From positions 682,001-746,000 of the forward strand of contig JBLDXI010000034.1 of the NCBI GenBank assembly GCA_047495785.1: a stretch of DNA of 64,000 nt, read 5' to 3'. The notes beneath the pieces were generated by a model that was given only the letters and a program-made list of their open reading frames with translations, had not been told where the DNA came from and did no database searches. Below are positions 49,001 through 62,616 of the stretch, one piece after another; the first letter of the stretch is position 1; each line of letters begins with the position of its first letter. The position numbers and the translations under genes are program-made. Source of the stretch: Lepidodermella squamata. Taxonomy: Eukaryota > Animalia > Gastrotricha.

Positions 49001-52000
49001 CCACGGTGGTAGCTTCTGGTTCAGCTACGGTTGTCGCTTCTGGCTCGCCCACGGTGGTAGCTTCAGGTTCAGCTACGGTTGTCGCTTCTAGATCGGCAAC
49101 GGTGGTAGCTTCAGGTTCAGCTACGGTTGTCGCTTCTGGATCAGCCACAGTTGACGTTTCTGGCTCGGCAACCGTGGTAGCTTCAGGTTCAGCTACGGTT
49201 GTCGCTTCTGGCTCGCCCACGGTGGTAGCTTCTGGTTCAGCTACGGTTGTCGCTTCTGGCTCGCCCACGGTGGTAGCTTCTGGATCGGCAACAGTTGTTG
49301 CTTCTGGATCAGCAACGGTCGTCGCTTCTGGCTCGCCCACGGTGGTAGCCTCTGGATCAGCAACAATTGTTGCTTCTGGATCAGCAACGGTCGTCGCTTC
49401 TGGCTCGCCCACGGTGGTAGCTTCTGGATCGGCAACAGTTGTTGCTTCTGGATCAGCAACGGTCGTCGCTTCTGGCTCGCCCACGGTGGTAGCCTCTGGA
49501 TCAGCAACGGTCGTCGCTTCTGGTTCGGCAACGGTGGTAGCTTCAGGTTCAGCTACGGTTGTCGCTTCTGGATCAGCCACAGTTGTCGCTTCTGGCTCGC
49601 CCACGGTGGTAGCCTCTGGATCAGCAACGGTCGTCGCGTCTGGCTCGCCCACGGTGGTAGCCTCTGGATCAGCAACGGTCGTCGCTTCTGGCTCGCCCAC
49701 GGTGGTAGCCTCTGGATCAGCTACGGTTGTCGCTTCTGGATCAGCCACAGTTGTCGTTTCTGGCTCGGCAACCGTGGTAGCTTCAGGTTCAGCAACGGTT
49801 GTCGCTTCTGGTTCGGCCAGGGTTGTCGCTTCTGGCTCGCCCACGGTGGTAGCCTCTGGATCAGCAACGGTCGTCGCTTCTGGCTCGCCCACGGTGGTAG
49901 CCTCTGGATCGGCAACGGTTGTCGCTTCTGGTTCGGCAACGGTGGTAGCTTCAGGTTCAGCTACGGTTGTCGCTTCTGGATCGGCAACGGTGGTAGCTTC
50001 AGGTTCAGCTACGGTTGTAGTTTCTGGCTCGGCAACGGTGGTAGCCTCAGGTTCAGCAACGGTCGTCGCTTCTGGCTCGGCAACCGTGGTAGCTTCTGGA
50101 TCGGCAACCGTGTTAGCTTCAGGTTCAGCTAATGTTGTTACCTCTGGATCAGCAACGGTCGTCGCTTCTGGCTCGCCCACGGTGGTAGCCTCTGGATCAG
50201 CAACGGTCGTCGCTTCTGGCTCGCCCACGGTGGTAGCCTCTGGATCAGCAACGGTCGTCGCTTCTGGCTCGCCCACGGTGGTAGCCTCTGGATCAGCAAC
50301 GGTCGTCGCTTCTGGCTCGCCCACGGTGGTAGCCTCTGGATCAGCTACGGTTGTCGCTTCTGGATCAGCCACAGTTGTCGTTTCTGGCTCGGCAACCGTG
50401 GTAGCTTCAGGTTCAGCAACGGTTGTCGCTTCTGGTTCGGCCAGGGTTGTCGCTTCTGGCTCGGCAACCGTGGTAGCTTCTGGATCAGCAACGGTCGTCG
50501 CTTCTGGTTCGCCCACGGTGGTAGCCTCAGGTTCAGCAACGGTCGTCGCTTCTGGCTCGGCAACCGTGGTAGCTTCTGGATCGGCAACCGTGGTAGTTTC
50601 AGGTTCAGCTAATGTTGTTACCTCTGGATCAGCAACGGTCGTCGCTTCTGGTTCGCCCACGGTGGTAGCCTCAGGTTCAGCAACGGTCGTCGCTTCTGGC
50701 TCGGCAACCGTGGTAGCTTCTGGATCGGCAACCGTGGTAGCTTCAGGTTCAGCTAATGTTGTTACCTCTGGATCAGCAACGGTCGTCGCTTCTGGCTCGC
50801 CCACGGTGGTAGCCTCTGGATCAGCAACGGTCGTCGCTTCTGGCTCGCCCACGGTGGTAGCCTCTGGATCAGCAACGGTCGTCGCTTCTGGCTCGCCCAC
50901 GGTGGTAGCCTCTGGATCAGCAACGGTCGTCGCTTCTGGCTCGCCCACGGTGGTAGCCTCTGGATCAGCAACGGTCGTCGCTTCTGGCTCGCCCACGGTG
51001 GTAGCCTCTGGATCAGCAACGGTCGTCGCTTCTGGCTCGCCCACGGTGGTAGCCTCTGGATCAGCAACGGTCGTCGCTTCTGGCTCGCCCACGGTGGTAG
51101 CCTCTGGATCAGCTACGGTTGTCGCTTCTGGATCAGCCACAGTTGTCGTTTCTGGCTCGGCAACCGTGGTAGCTTCAGGTTCAGCAACGGTTGTCGCTTC
51201 TGGTTCGGCCAGGGTTGTCGCTTCTGGCTCGGCAACCGTGGTAGCTTCTGGATCAGCAACGGTCGTCGCTTCTGGTTCGCCCACGGTGGTAGCCTCAGGT
51301 TCAGCAACGGTCGTCGCTTCTGGCTCGGCAACCGTGGTAGCTTCTGGATCGGCTGCATTGGTAGTAATAGCGTCAGTTACAGTGGTAGGTTCCGCTTCTA
51401 TAAAAGACAATATTACATGCAATTTAGATGATTGGCAATCATTTTATTTATTTATTGCAATCAAAATTACTTTTTTTCCCATGGTGTCTTTTGTTTTTTT
51501 ATATCTAATCTTGCTCTCTTAGCCATTTAACGCCTCGAGTGAGGCTGTTTCAAAGCGATCTCATGCCTCCAATATGGCCGTGTCTATGCCTCAGACGTCA
51601 TCATCAAGAAAATAAGGGGGTATATTCCTTATGTGTCATGTTGGGGCCTGGTATTGCGTATGGTATGGTGTCTACTAGGCGTATTAGAACCGTGATATTT
51701 TGCATTGGGTATTATTTGATTTGATTTGCATCTTAAATCACGGACCTCAATCAATCAAAATCACTCATTGTCCCAATTGTCCAGGACCTAATCAATCAAA
51801 TCAAATCATCGACACTCGACACCCATAAGTGACAATAAATCGCGAAACATCGGAATTTTCATTAATCTGGGGGCTTCGAAATGACAAGAAATGGATAAAA
51901 TAAGGCGAATTGGAAACTACAGTCCCTTTCTGAAGCAACATTTCATCAAAAAGGAGGAGAGGTCTTATTTTCGCGTTATTTAGTTTTTCGATTGCATCCC

Positions 52001-55000
52001 CAAGGGTAAATCAAAATCAAGCAAATCAAAATGCTTCCCCGCGTAAATCAATCATTTCAAATCTAAATCAGTGAAAATAGGGTCTAAATCAAATCAAATC
52101 AATTTGGATATTTTGACCTGAAAATTGGGTGAAATGTCCAAAACACTACGGCTACGCCCCAGTAACGACCAATAACGGCTGCTCGCGTACCCATGCGTTT
52201 CCCAAGGGGCTCCATCCCGATGCCCTAACGCATTTGACCGAAGTCATTTGCCCGAAAGCAGGTGGACGAATGCCATTTGGCCGAATGCTTAATTGCCCGA
52301 ATGTAATTCATCCGATGAACAAATAACAGAATGACTCTTGGCCGAATCGTGATTTTCGAAATGTTTAACAATTCTCAGAGACTTTTAATCGCCATTCAGC
52401 CTATTTTGAGAAGCTTGATAAATTTGTCATCCAGCGATTTCCTATTTCCTGTTTCCTCAATAAAAGCTGGACGATGCCCAAAGTTGAGTAATTTTTTGGT
52501 AATTAGGCGTTCGAAATGTTCTAAAAAACGTAAGGGTCCCCCCTGCTGATTTGCAAATTTAGGGCTCAAAATGCTCAGAGCTGGACCTAGTCGGAACCCT
52601 GAACATTTCTAACTAACATAGAATCAACATTACTATCATTGAAGCGGCGAAAAATCAATAAGGGCATGACGTCTCAAAAAGGATCTCAAAGCTCAAAAAG
52701 CAGTTGCTTTCGGGCTCGAACAAATATTATTTTGATTAAAGTGATTCAGTTCCAGTAATAATGTGAATTTTCAGGTTGGTATTTCTAATTTTTCCTAATC
52801 GCAACGATTCGCCAAGGCAGTGCTACTACGCGGTTTGCTTTGCAAATGAAGATATTGGTCTACGGATAAGCTGTCAGCCAAAATTAGAATTTGTTGTTTT
52901 AGCCCTGACGATGCTTTTGCATCGAAACGTCGGCGATTTTATATGAATAAAGTTTCACCGTGGTGATATCAAACATCTAACTTTATCAATTTTATTGAAT
53001 TTTATTTAAAAAATGCCGGAAAATTATGCTAGATTTTTTACGCTGCCTAATAATCGAAATTTAACTCGCAAATCCAGTAAAATTTAAATAAAAATTGTCG
53101 GGGTAAAACTGGGAATTTTAGACTATTTTTCTGTAATTTTATCCACCTTAACATCGAAAAAGTGCGGTTGAATGAAATCCACGTGGCTAGCGGTGTTTCA
53201 AATGTGATTTACATTACAGGAAATTATCTTTAAAATGAACTGATCGTTCCAGTTTGATTAGCGGGCTGAATTAAGCTACCGAAATTCTCAATTTCATAGT
53301 TATGATTCGCAAATTTATTGGTTGCTACTTGCCATCATCTCGGCATTCCTAGCAGTCGTGCTGAGTTCCTAAGCCATCTCTGCCCCTCGTCAGTACAAGT
53401 CCTCAATACATTTTCAAAGCGTAAAGTCAAATTTCAAATTATCAGAGTACCAGGTCTGAGGCCAGAAATTGCTTCAGGACTTGACCGATTATGGAAAGGC
53501 ACTTTGAAAATGTTACTTTGTGCTTAGAAAATTTGAGGACTTGTGCTGACGAGGGTCAGAGATGGCTCGGACACTCAGCACGACTGCTGGAAACGCCGAG
53601 CGGATGGCAAGTAGCAGGCAATAGATTAGCGAAAATCAGAGCAATTTTCGTGCAATCAGAGCAATTGGAGACCATACCAAAAATAGGCCATGATCGATGA
53701 TCGATGTGATCGTCGGTTCAAGAAACATCTCGAACCGCCGGGAATGATTGATTATGATTAATCACCCAAGAATAATGAGCGATCGAAAATCACCTGATTT
53801 GTTTACTTTCCCAACCACTCTGATTCATCACATATCTGGCGTTTACAGGCTTTGTCAGGAGTAGGACCTCTATCTTAAAACTAGCTCTATGGGTTGTATT
53901 CAATGTGATGTTTTAATCATCACTTCAGTCATCAACTATGCATATGGCTGTATTACCTTGACAGAATCTGCCTTTATAGCCAGGAGGGCATTGACATTCT
54001 GTAATAGAGTTGACTCCATTATCAATTTTCACTAAGCAAGTTCCGCCGTTGTAGCAGGGAGGACTGTCGCTAGATTGTGCAATCGTCGACGCGCGACATA
54101 CAATGGTATCTGGAATGAATAAATGGGTATGCTATGCGCGAGGATTCTCTCCGGGATATACGCACTTTCTTCTGCGCACACAGGACCGGAAGATGGTGCC
54201 TTGCAATGACAGTATCCGCTGGAACACGTGCCTCGATCTTGACAGTCCTTGTCCGTTGTACATTCTTAATTAATAGCATAATATATACTATTATTATCAG
54301 ATCCGAGTATTTTTATTATCATTACTGTTTCCAGGTTTCAGTGTGGTTGTAGGTACGGTCACTGGCGGTTCACCCTCAACATCTAAAGCAAATTATTAGT
54401 AATGAAAACTTATCCATGTTAAGTCAATTGTCAACTGATTGCTAACCTTGGCAATATCGACCAGAGCGGCCATCAGCACATTCGCATCGGCTGGTTTGTT
54501 TACCGTTCGATTCGAACGCGACACATTGACTGCCCGAGCCTTGACATTTCGGGGATCTCAACGAACTCGGAACCTCAGTTGTCCAGCACATGACACCACC
54601 CTCTTCTGCACAATTGGTTCCGCCCCAGCCCTCTCTGCAGAAGCAGTAACCATTCACACAAGCACCAGTTGGAGCGCAGAATCTGTTTTGGCTCTCATCG
54701 CAAACTGGTTAAAAAGCTATCCGATTAAGATACGATATCGGAAACGAAACAATTACCATCTCCAGGTTCGGGTGGTTTAACTGTTGTGGGTTTCGACGAA
54801 TCGGCTGTACATTCCCGATTGAAAATTGTAATTGGCAGTGCCGATTTCCGAGAATTAAAACAGCTTACTTTGGCAGTATTGCCCAACCCAGCCGTCGTCA
54901 CACTTGCATTTTCGAGTATCGTCATCGCAAGTTCCTTTCTCGCAAGGTGGATAACTCAAATCGAGAGGATTTCCTGGTGTCGCACAAACCGGACCATCTT

Positions 55001-55353
55001 ATTGAAAGGAATTTAGTCTATGTCTAAAAGTAGGTATAATATTATGCTTACTCGAAACTAGGCAATTCACTTCCCCTAGTCCATCAGGGCAGTAGCAATA
55101 ACGGTTGATGCATTTCCCAGATGAACATTGCTTGTCATTATCACAAACTGAAAAATAGCTAATTAGATGCCATAATAATTTATGCCTCAAAATTACTATT
55201 TCCTTCACGGTTGATTGCATTTCTTGTTATCGAATCTTTGAATGAAACATACCCAGTAATATCACGTCTACCCAACGGCAAAACAAACTTACCGTCGAAA
55301 CCCTGGGCCACTAATGACAGACTCAATAGAAGTAACGCCCGCGTTAACCGCAT
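37037..55353 (-). CDS. EGF-mucin-SEA-TM protein B (~5,000 aa): 1 EGF cassette, giant mucin exon, SEA-like domain, TM, tail
   Basis: Signal MRLTRALLLLSLSLVAQG; EGF exons ~55148-53957; ~2.5-kb intron; exon ~51398-38100; SEA-like WSDEMADNSSQLF; TM WEIVLIAVFGGIVLVIATGAAVLYL; last exon VDDEADFL*. Confidence 0.88.
38440..51350 (-). repeat. Coding 24-bp tandem repeat (~540 units; [A/G][E/D]PEATTV) with higher-order periods
   Basis: Uninterrupted 4483-aa frame; variant units recur at 792-bp and 1080-bp intervals. Confidence 0.97.
53303..53639. mobile_element. Long palindromic MITE-like fold-back in the intron of gene B
   Basis: Arms of at least ~100 bp: tgctacttgccatc..agcagtcgtgctgagt..agccatctctg.ccctcgtcag.acaagtcctcaa and its reverse complement. 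Confidence 0.7.
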
Positions 55354-56384
55354 CTATAAAGTTCTCGAAGATGCTTAGATGTGTCTCAAAACATGAGAAT
55401 ATAAAAATTGCATACAGAACTGCCTAACTTCTTGTGACTACAGATATGAACAAAAATGAAAATTGGAATTTTTAACAAATCCCCGTGTATTCAAATTGGT
55501 GGTTTCAGAATGTTGATGAAGCAAGGAGCCCGGAATGCCGATATGTTTTAATATTTGAATAGGGATTTTGCATTATGAGATATTTTTTGTTAATCAGGAG
55601 CCAACATGCAGCAAGAAATTTAGTAATGCCTCCGCAATTCAGAAGCATTCTGACGAGGCGGATCAGCTGTAGCGTATGAACTTAAAGAGATAACAAAACC
55701 ACGCCTTCCATTGTTAATCGGAAAAAAACCAAATTATCTCGAACGCGCAATGGTAGTGAGTTAGTTATGTCAATTCATGCCAACATGACATGATATCTTC
55801 TGCTATCAAAAACATCGCCAAATTTCAGAAGCGCTAAAAATGGAGTTATGATAACTTAACGGGAGGCGTGACTATCTGCGTCAAAATAACGTTCTCGGCA
55901 CGTGGGACAGTCTGGATTCATGCTAGTGCAAGTCTCGTGGTAAAAAAAGCGGATCAATCCAAAATGACCCAGAAACTTCGCACTCTTCCTCAATCCAAAT
56001 AATTATAGCCATTCCTGTTGCATGTAACATCTCGACGAATTCTACGAAAGGTTCATGCCTAAGGCCTTAGGCTTGTGAGTGGGTTTCTATCTCGGTCTAG
56101 GCACAACACCGTAAAAGCCCTCAAAATATAGTTGAATATACCAAAGTCATTCCCACAATACGAATTGCGTTCATACGAAGAATGGGTGATTCATCACGCG
56201 GAATTCAGGAACTACGTCAATTTTTGTGATTTTGAAAAATTTCAGTGATCCAAGGCATTTTCTGGAGATTTAAGGATTAAAGACTGACACGTACACATTT
56301 TTTCATTTTATTAACAATTTTTGCAGTGTATTGAGTGGTAGCAAATCATGAAGCAGTTCGAGTAAATCATATTGATTTTTGCAA

Positions 56385-59300
56385 TCACAAATTTTCGCTC
56401 CTTTCTTCGTAAATCTGAAAAATTGGATCAGTAACATAGATTGACAATTCAATGTGAAACTAATACCTCTTGTTGAACAGCTGGGTGTATTTCTTCGGCT
56501 ACTGCGACCGCAGATACCTGAACAGCATTAGGTCGAGGCATTTTTCTATACGTGATCGATGTTTCGTTGCCAGGTTCGTATTCGTTCTCTAAAACAGCTA
56601 AATCTTTCGGCGAATCGGCCGGGGCGAGTTCTTTCATCGCATGACCAGGTTCCTCATCAGGCGATTTCTCTTCTGCTGAATTACTTCTTCGTAGGTAGAA
56701 AGCGGAGGCTCCGACTACAAGAATGAGGAAAAGAGCACTAAAAACAACTATTAAAGCGATTTCCCAGTCTTGAAGGCCTGATCCATCAGCAGTTTCATCT
56801 GTGAAAAATACATATACGAACACTGTTTCATTCGGGAAACAAAGACTTACTTATTCTCTCTACATCATCGACATCATGGTACAGTATTTGCCCATCTGTG
56901 CCAAAAGCAGTTCTAAATGACTCAGCACTCTCGTGCTCTATAGTAGCAGACTTGATCGAGGACTGAACTTTCGGCTTATCGGCCTTGCCATCTGAAACAT
57001 GGACTTGTTCTACGTCGCTCACTCTGGCTTTGTAATATGCATTGATTCCTGATTCGCCGCTATAGATTAACGCAGCCGTGTTCAATTTATACTCTCTAGT
57101 TAGAACAAAAAACAATAAATGAAGATAAACTAGAAAGATAAGTTTACCTCAGCTCAGTGACAAAAACGTTGACTGGCTCGAGCTTCGCTTTCCGCAGAAT
57201 TTCGGCGATTTGAGATTCGTAAATTTTGCTGACCGCTAGGAAAGTTGGCGATGATGTCTCCAACATGTCCGCCTGCCATGTGTACTTTGTGCTGTTCAGC
57301 ATAATTTGGTTTGTCGCAAACTGCGCTGATATCGCTGAAATGGGAAATGGTCACTTGAAAATTTGATTTTTTTAATCCCAGACCCAATCAGTAAGCAGGC
57401 GAAATATGTAGCGAACGTAAGCCACAAAATGTTCAAATTCTAACCATAATTTTTCAAGTCTAGTTTTTTCGCAATTTTAAAAAATTCTCAGAAATTTAGA
57501 AATTCTTCCTCGTAATTCAGTTCATTTAGGTAGATTTGAAGCTTTATATTTCGAATTGTTACCTTCCTATCACTAAATAAAGGGAAGCGTTAACTTCTGA
57601 GCTTAAAGCCGAACTTACACATCAAAATGCCTGATGGAGTTGGGGATGTTGCTTTCCCTTCAGTCGTGGTACTGGCTGAATTAGGTTCCGTTACAGAACT
57701 GGTAATCAAAGTTGTCGTAGTTGCGGCTGATGGGTCTACGCCTGGATCGGTTACTTGCTGCGTAGTTGAGTCGCCTTGGCTAGTAAGTTGACCATCGCTC
57801 GTCGTTGTTTCTTCGCCGGGATCTTTTGTTGCATCAGTGACTTGACCTCCGCCCCCAGTTGTTGTTACTGCAGTTGAATCTATAGCAGGATCGGTTGACT
57901 GCCCATCACTCGAAGCAGCCGTAGTTGCCGAGCTCGGGTCCACATTTGGGTCCTGTGTTGTTAAACCTTCGCTGGAGATTGCGGTAGTTGCTGCACTGGG
58001 ATCAACGACAGGATCAGTCACAGGGCCGTCACTTGAGATCGCTGTTGTCGCAGCACTTGGATCCTCGATTGTTTCGGTAACTTGTCCATCACTGGAAGAT
58101 GCCGTAGTCGCGGCACTTGGATCGACAGTAGGCTCCGTTACCTCACCGTCGCTCGATTTGGTTGTTGTGCTAGGATCTTGATTAGGATCGGTTACTTGGC
58201 CTTCACTTGAGGCTGCCGTAGTCGCGACAATGGGATCCAGAACAGTCTCAGTTACTTGTCCATCGCTCGATGCAGCTGTAGTTGCTTCACTTTGCTCTTT
58301 TGTAGATTCGGTTACGGTAATGTCGCTGGAACCTGAAGTTGTAGTGCCACTTGGATCTTCTGGATCAGTCACCTGACCATCGCTTGACAATGCGGTTGTT
58401 GCAGCACTTGGGTCTACATTAGGATCTGTCACCTCGCCGTCGCTCGATGCAGCAGTTGTAGCGTCAGTAGGATCCACATCTGAAGCCGTTGTACTAACGA
58501 AATCCGGATCTCCAGTAACTTGGCCTTCGCTTGAGCCTGCCGTAGTTGCAGTGCTTGGATCAGTTGTTAGGTCTTCACTCGATGCAGCAGTTGTGGCAGC
58601 ACTGGGATCAACATCTGCATCGCTCGAAGCTGTGGTAGTAGCGGAACCCGGGTCTACAACGGTCTCAGTTACTTCGCCTCCGGTGTAGCCTTCAGTTGTT
58701 GCGGCGGTAGGGTCAACAGTGGGATCAGTGGTCTCCCCATCACTAGATGCTTCTGTAGTCGCAGCGCTTGGATCTATGACAGGATCAGTTGCCTGGCCGT
58801 CGCTCGAAGCTGCCGTTGTTGCGATGCTTGAATCAATGCTTGGATCTGTAACTTCGCCATCACTTGAGGCCGCTGTGGTTGCGGCACTTGGATCGAGATC
58901 AGTCTCAGTTACTTTGCCATCACTTGTTTCTGCAGTAGTTGCGGCACCCATGTCTATAGTTGTTGTTTCAGCAATAGGACCAGCTGTTGACGCCTCAGTT
59001 GTTGTGACTTCCGTAGTAGTCGGAGGAGTTGTAGTCACGGCCGTGGTTGTCGGAGCAATAGTGTTTGTTGTTGGATCTGGCACTGGAAATTACAGAGAAA
59101 ATTTATTGAAATACATTTTATTTCAGGTTTTTCTGTCAGAGAGATATAGCAGGAGATACACAAGGAGATGCAGCCTTGTTTTTGGAAAAGTCAGGAGACT
59201 GAACTAGAGACTCAGTAGGAACCGAAGCCGAGAAATCGCTCCGGCTGACAGGTTTCTTGAATTAGCTGGCGTTTCGAGCATGTCAGTATATTAAATCTTT

Positions 59301-61792
59301 TAAATCAGCTGTCACCACGACTTGATTGTTCACATTCACATTCACATTCAACATATTTTATAAACATGAAGCAGTGATGCGCAAACTCAGTTTTTCGAGG
59401 CATTTTTGGCGGCCGGCTGGCCTTTCGGCTCAGTAATACTACGTGCGACCTGTCGAAGCTTTTGCAGTCGGTGATTTGGTATTATAGGGGGACAGAAGGC
59501 AACCAGCTCCAAAATTTGTTGAGCAATCGATAGGTCCAGCCACCTTAATTTAATGGGGTAATTTTTCATGGTCAAATAATGGTTGAAATTTGCGACTATC
59601 GATGGACTGATCGATGGACTATCTTGCTAATTTTGGCGATTTGTTCCTCCTCGAATGAGATGCCACGAGTTTTTCCACTTTGTTTTAGCCGCTTTCAAGT
59701 TGATAAAACGGAGAGATTTCATAAACCTTGAACCTGCTTTCTATCTGGAACATCCATTAAAAATGGCGTTTTGAAACCTTTTTAACCTTTGCCTTTTGAC
59801 TTCATCTTGGACTGAACTTTGACTTAACATTTTTGGAACCATGAAACGTGGTATGCGATTTTTTGATTTAAGATGAATCTGGAATTTGAGACTGGTACCA
59901 AGACAGGGGATCAATGATTTAACCTGAGAAGGCTGGGTTGCATTTGTGGCTTCTGGGTAGTCTCATAAAATGTTCTGCATCATCCACCGTAGAAAATTGG
60001 AAATAGGTATTAATTTTGAATTTTGTCGTCGAAATCTTGGTTTAGAGAAACATTTTACAACGAAAATCAGTTGATTTGGCCAATGACATTATTCCGGCAG
60101 TGCGGCCGATTTAAGACGCCGAGAGTGTTGCGGCCGGTTAGGGACATTTCCGGCCGCCTCAATTGCCGGTAGTAAAATAAGTTTGCGCACCACTGACATG
60201 AAGCATATATAGATCTAAATTTCGTTAGGAAACTTGAGAGGAAATGAGCCATACTAGTAACAACGCTACTAGTCCGGGTTAATTAATGGCTTATATTCAA
60301 GATTGGTTTTTTTAACTTGTGCTGTTCGTTATGTACTTAGTTATTGTAAGCTATTAATATAACTTAATAAGGTAAGTTACTTATAGAAAACGAAATACCT
60401 TCACAAAATCGCCCGCTGAAACCAGGTAGGCAAACACATTCAGTTTTTGCCGTATTACCGCTGACCACTTTGCAATTGCCACCATTGAAACACGGAGGAC
60501 TCTCGGCTGAATCGACTACCTGCGGCGTGCGACAAATATACGTATCTTGAAGAAAAACCATGAATGACAGCATTCGCTACGCAATTTATCTCCCACCTTG
60601 GGCCTCGCACACTGGGCCCGAATATGGCTCCTTGCAATAACAGTATCCATTGGAGCACTTGCCTCTATATTGGCAATCTTTATCCGTAGTACACTCTAGA
60701 AAGATTGAATAATGGGCATGATTATTCAAATGGAAAGGTGGATTTACTAGTGCCAGGTTTTGGCGTTGTTGTCGGTATTGGGTATGGAGGCTCTCCCGGC
60801 ACATCTATATTTTAATCAGTATCTTTGATGAGACATTTTCTCTGACATAGTCCTCATTACCTTGGCAGTAACGACCAGTTCGGCCACCAGCGCAGTTGCA
60901 TCGACTAGTTTGCTTACCATTCTCTTCAAAAACGTCGCATTTACTGCCAGAACCCTGACATCTCGGGGATTTCAGCGAACTAGCAACTTTGGATGTGCGA
61001 CACATGACACCGCCTTGTTCAGCGCAAGTTGTTCCACCATAGCCATCTCTGCAGAAACAGAAGCCGTTCACACAAACACCAGCCGGGGCGCAATTCTTTA
61101 TCCCTGTATCATCGCAAACTGAATAAAGCAATAATTAATTATTTCTGATAGTAAGAACGCGAGTTCTAACTGTCTCCTTGTTCCGGGGGTCTTTCTGTCG
61201 TTGGCTGTGTTGGATCGGCTTTAAATTTCAGAGAAGCTTCTTATCACCAAAAGACGAAAATTGATATTGCATACTTTCACAATATTGTCCCACCCAGCCG
61301 TCGTCACACTTGCATTTTTTAGTTGTGTCGTCGCAGGTTCCTCTAACACATGGCGGATAAATGTTTGAAGTGGGATGTTCAGGTGAGGCACAGACGGGAC
61401 CGTCTAACAGGTAAAAGATTTTGTATTCCAGTCAAAATTAGCCATAGAAATCTTGTTTCATTCACCTTCCACCAGACAGTTCACTTCTCCAAGCCCTTCT
61501 GCGCAGTAACAATACCCGTTGATGCATCTCCCGAAGCTGCATAGACTATCATCCTGGCAAACTAAGAGACCAGATGAAGTCTATTAAGGTTTCATATATA
61601 TCACATTGCACTTACTTCCTCCTTTCCGTTCATATGGGAATCCTAATAATGAAGCGGTAAAATAGGCTGTGATAATATCAATTGTTATTTTTGAAAATAT
61701 CAGCAGCGCATGCACAATTTACCATTCGGAGTTGGATTGTAGGTCGCGGCCAACAAAGGCTGAATCATCAGTAAAATCAGAGCCGACCGCAT
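56385..61792 (-). CDS. EGF-mucin-SEA-TM protein C: 1 EGF cassette, ~490-aa degenerate mucin, SEA-like domain, TM, tail
   Basis: Signal MRSALILLMIQPLLA; EGF exons ~61561-60399; mucin exon ~59084-57620 with ~21-aa SSDGQVTDP..DPSAATTA units; SEA-like WQADMLETSSPTF; TM WEIALIVVFSALFLILVVGASAFYL; end IYEERSENL*. Confidence 0.88.
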
Positions 61793-62155
61793 CCGATAGA
61801 TGATTAGGTCTGAAGAAGCTAATAGGAAGCTATTTATAACACAAATCGAATATTCTATATATCAATCCCTCAAGCCGTGATTGATCCAGTGATGTATGAA
61901 CTCTTTAATTTTAAGATAACAAAACCACGCGTTCGCCAGTTAAGCAGTAAAACTTTATTATCTCAAATGCAGAACGATAAAGGGAGGATAGTAAAAATAG
62001 ACATGTCTCTCATTAGGAGGCTGAGCTACACACGTCATACAAACAAAAAGCAGAGATTCATAAGCGCTATACAAGAACAGACGATAGCCCACCGGAGGGC
62101 GTGGCTATCCGGGTCAAGATAAAGTCTCGGCACGTGAAAACAGTCGACATTCCAT

Positions 62156-62616
62156 TTAGTGCAGTGATGGGTATCCCCGTGGAGCTTGGTAACCGCCTGG
62201 AATTGGATACGTCCCACGAGGAGGCGGGAACGGATACGAGCCTGAAATAAGACCAAAATAAAGTGCGACTGCCAACAAAGTGATAAAAGGTTTATAAACT
62301 TACTCCCTACACAGTTCAAATATGGCGAGTACGTATACATCGGGAAGTCCAACTGCTTGTTAGGAGGCGGGGTGGGCGGAACATCACGCTTCCTGCGATC
62401 GTGGGTCTCCTCGTGGTAGTCATTATTCTGACGATGCTCGTCATCGCTGCTCGATGAGCTGGAGCTCGAGGAACTTGAGGATGAGCTCGATTTCCGATGA
62501 CGGTCGGATTCCTTCTTCCGGTCTCGCTCGCGTTCCCGCTCTCGTTCGTAATCGCGATCTCGATCACGCTGGAACGAAGTTGTGTAGCTTGTAGTAGTAT
62601 GCGTTGTACGAGACAT
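62156..62616 (-). CDS. Small disordered protein (RD/RE dipeptides, poly-Ser, YP/G-rich tail), 2 exons
   Basis: A GTAAG..TTTCAG intron (~62303-62243) gives ...CVGSSYPFPPPRGTYPIPGGYQAPRGYPSLH*; no recognised domain. Confidence 0.55.

Noticed and set aside
38440-51350. Possible CRISPR array or non-coding satellite
   Set aside because: No unique spacers; eukaryotic context; frame-preserving coding repeat.
38088-51522. Very long plus-strand ORFs (1827, 720, 821, 2902 aa; VVASGSAT and FWLAHGG repeats)
   Set aside because: Antisense shadows of the 24-bp mucin repeat; they are broken by stops wherever the sense frame has YPE or DLE variants, and only the minus frame splices to the EGF and SEA exons.
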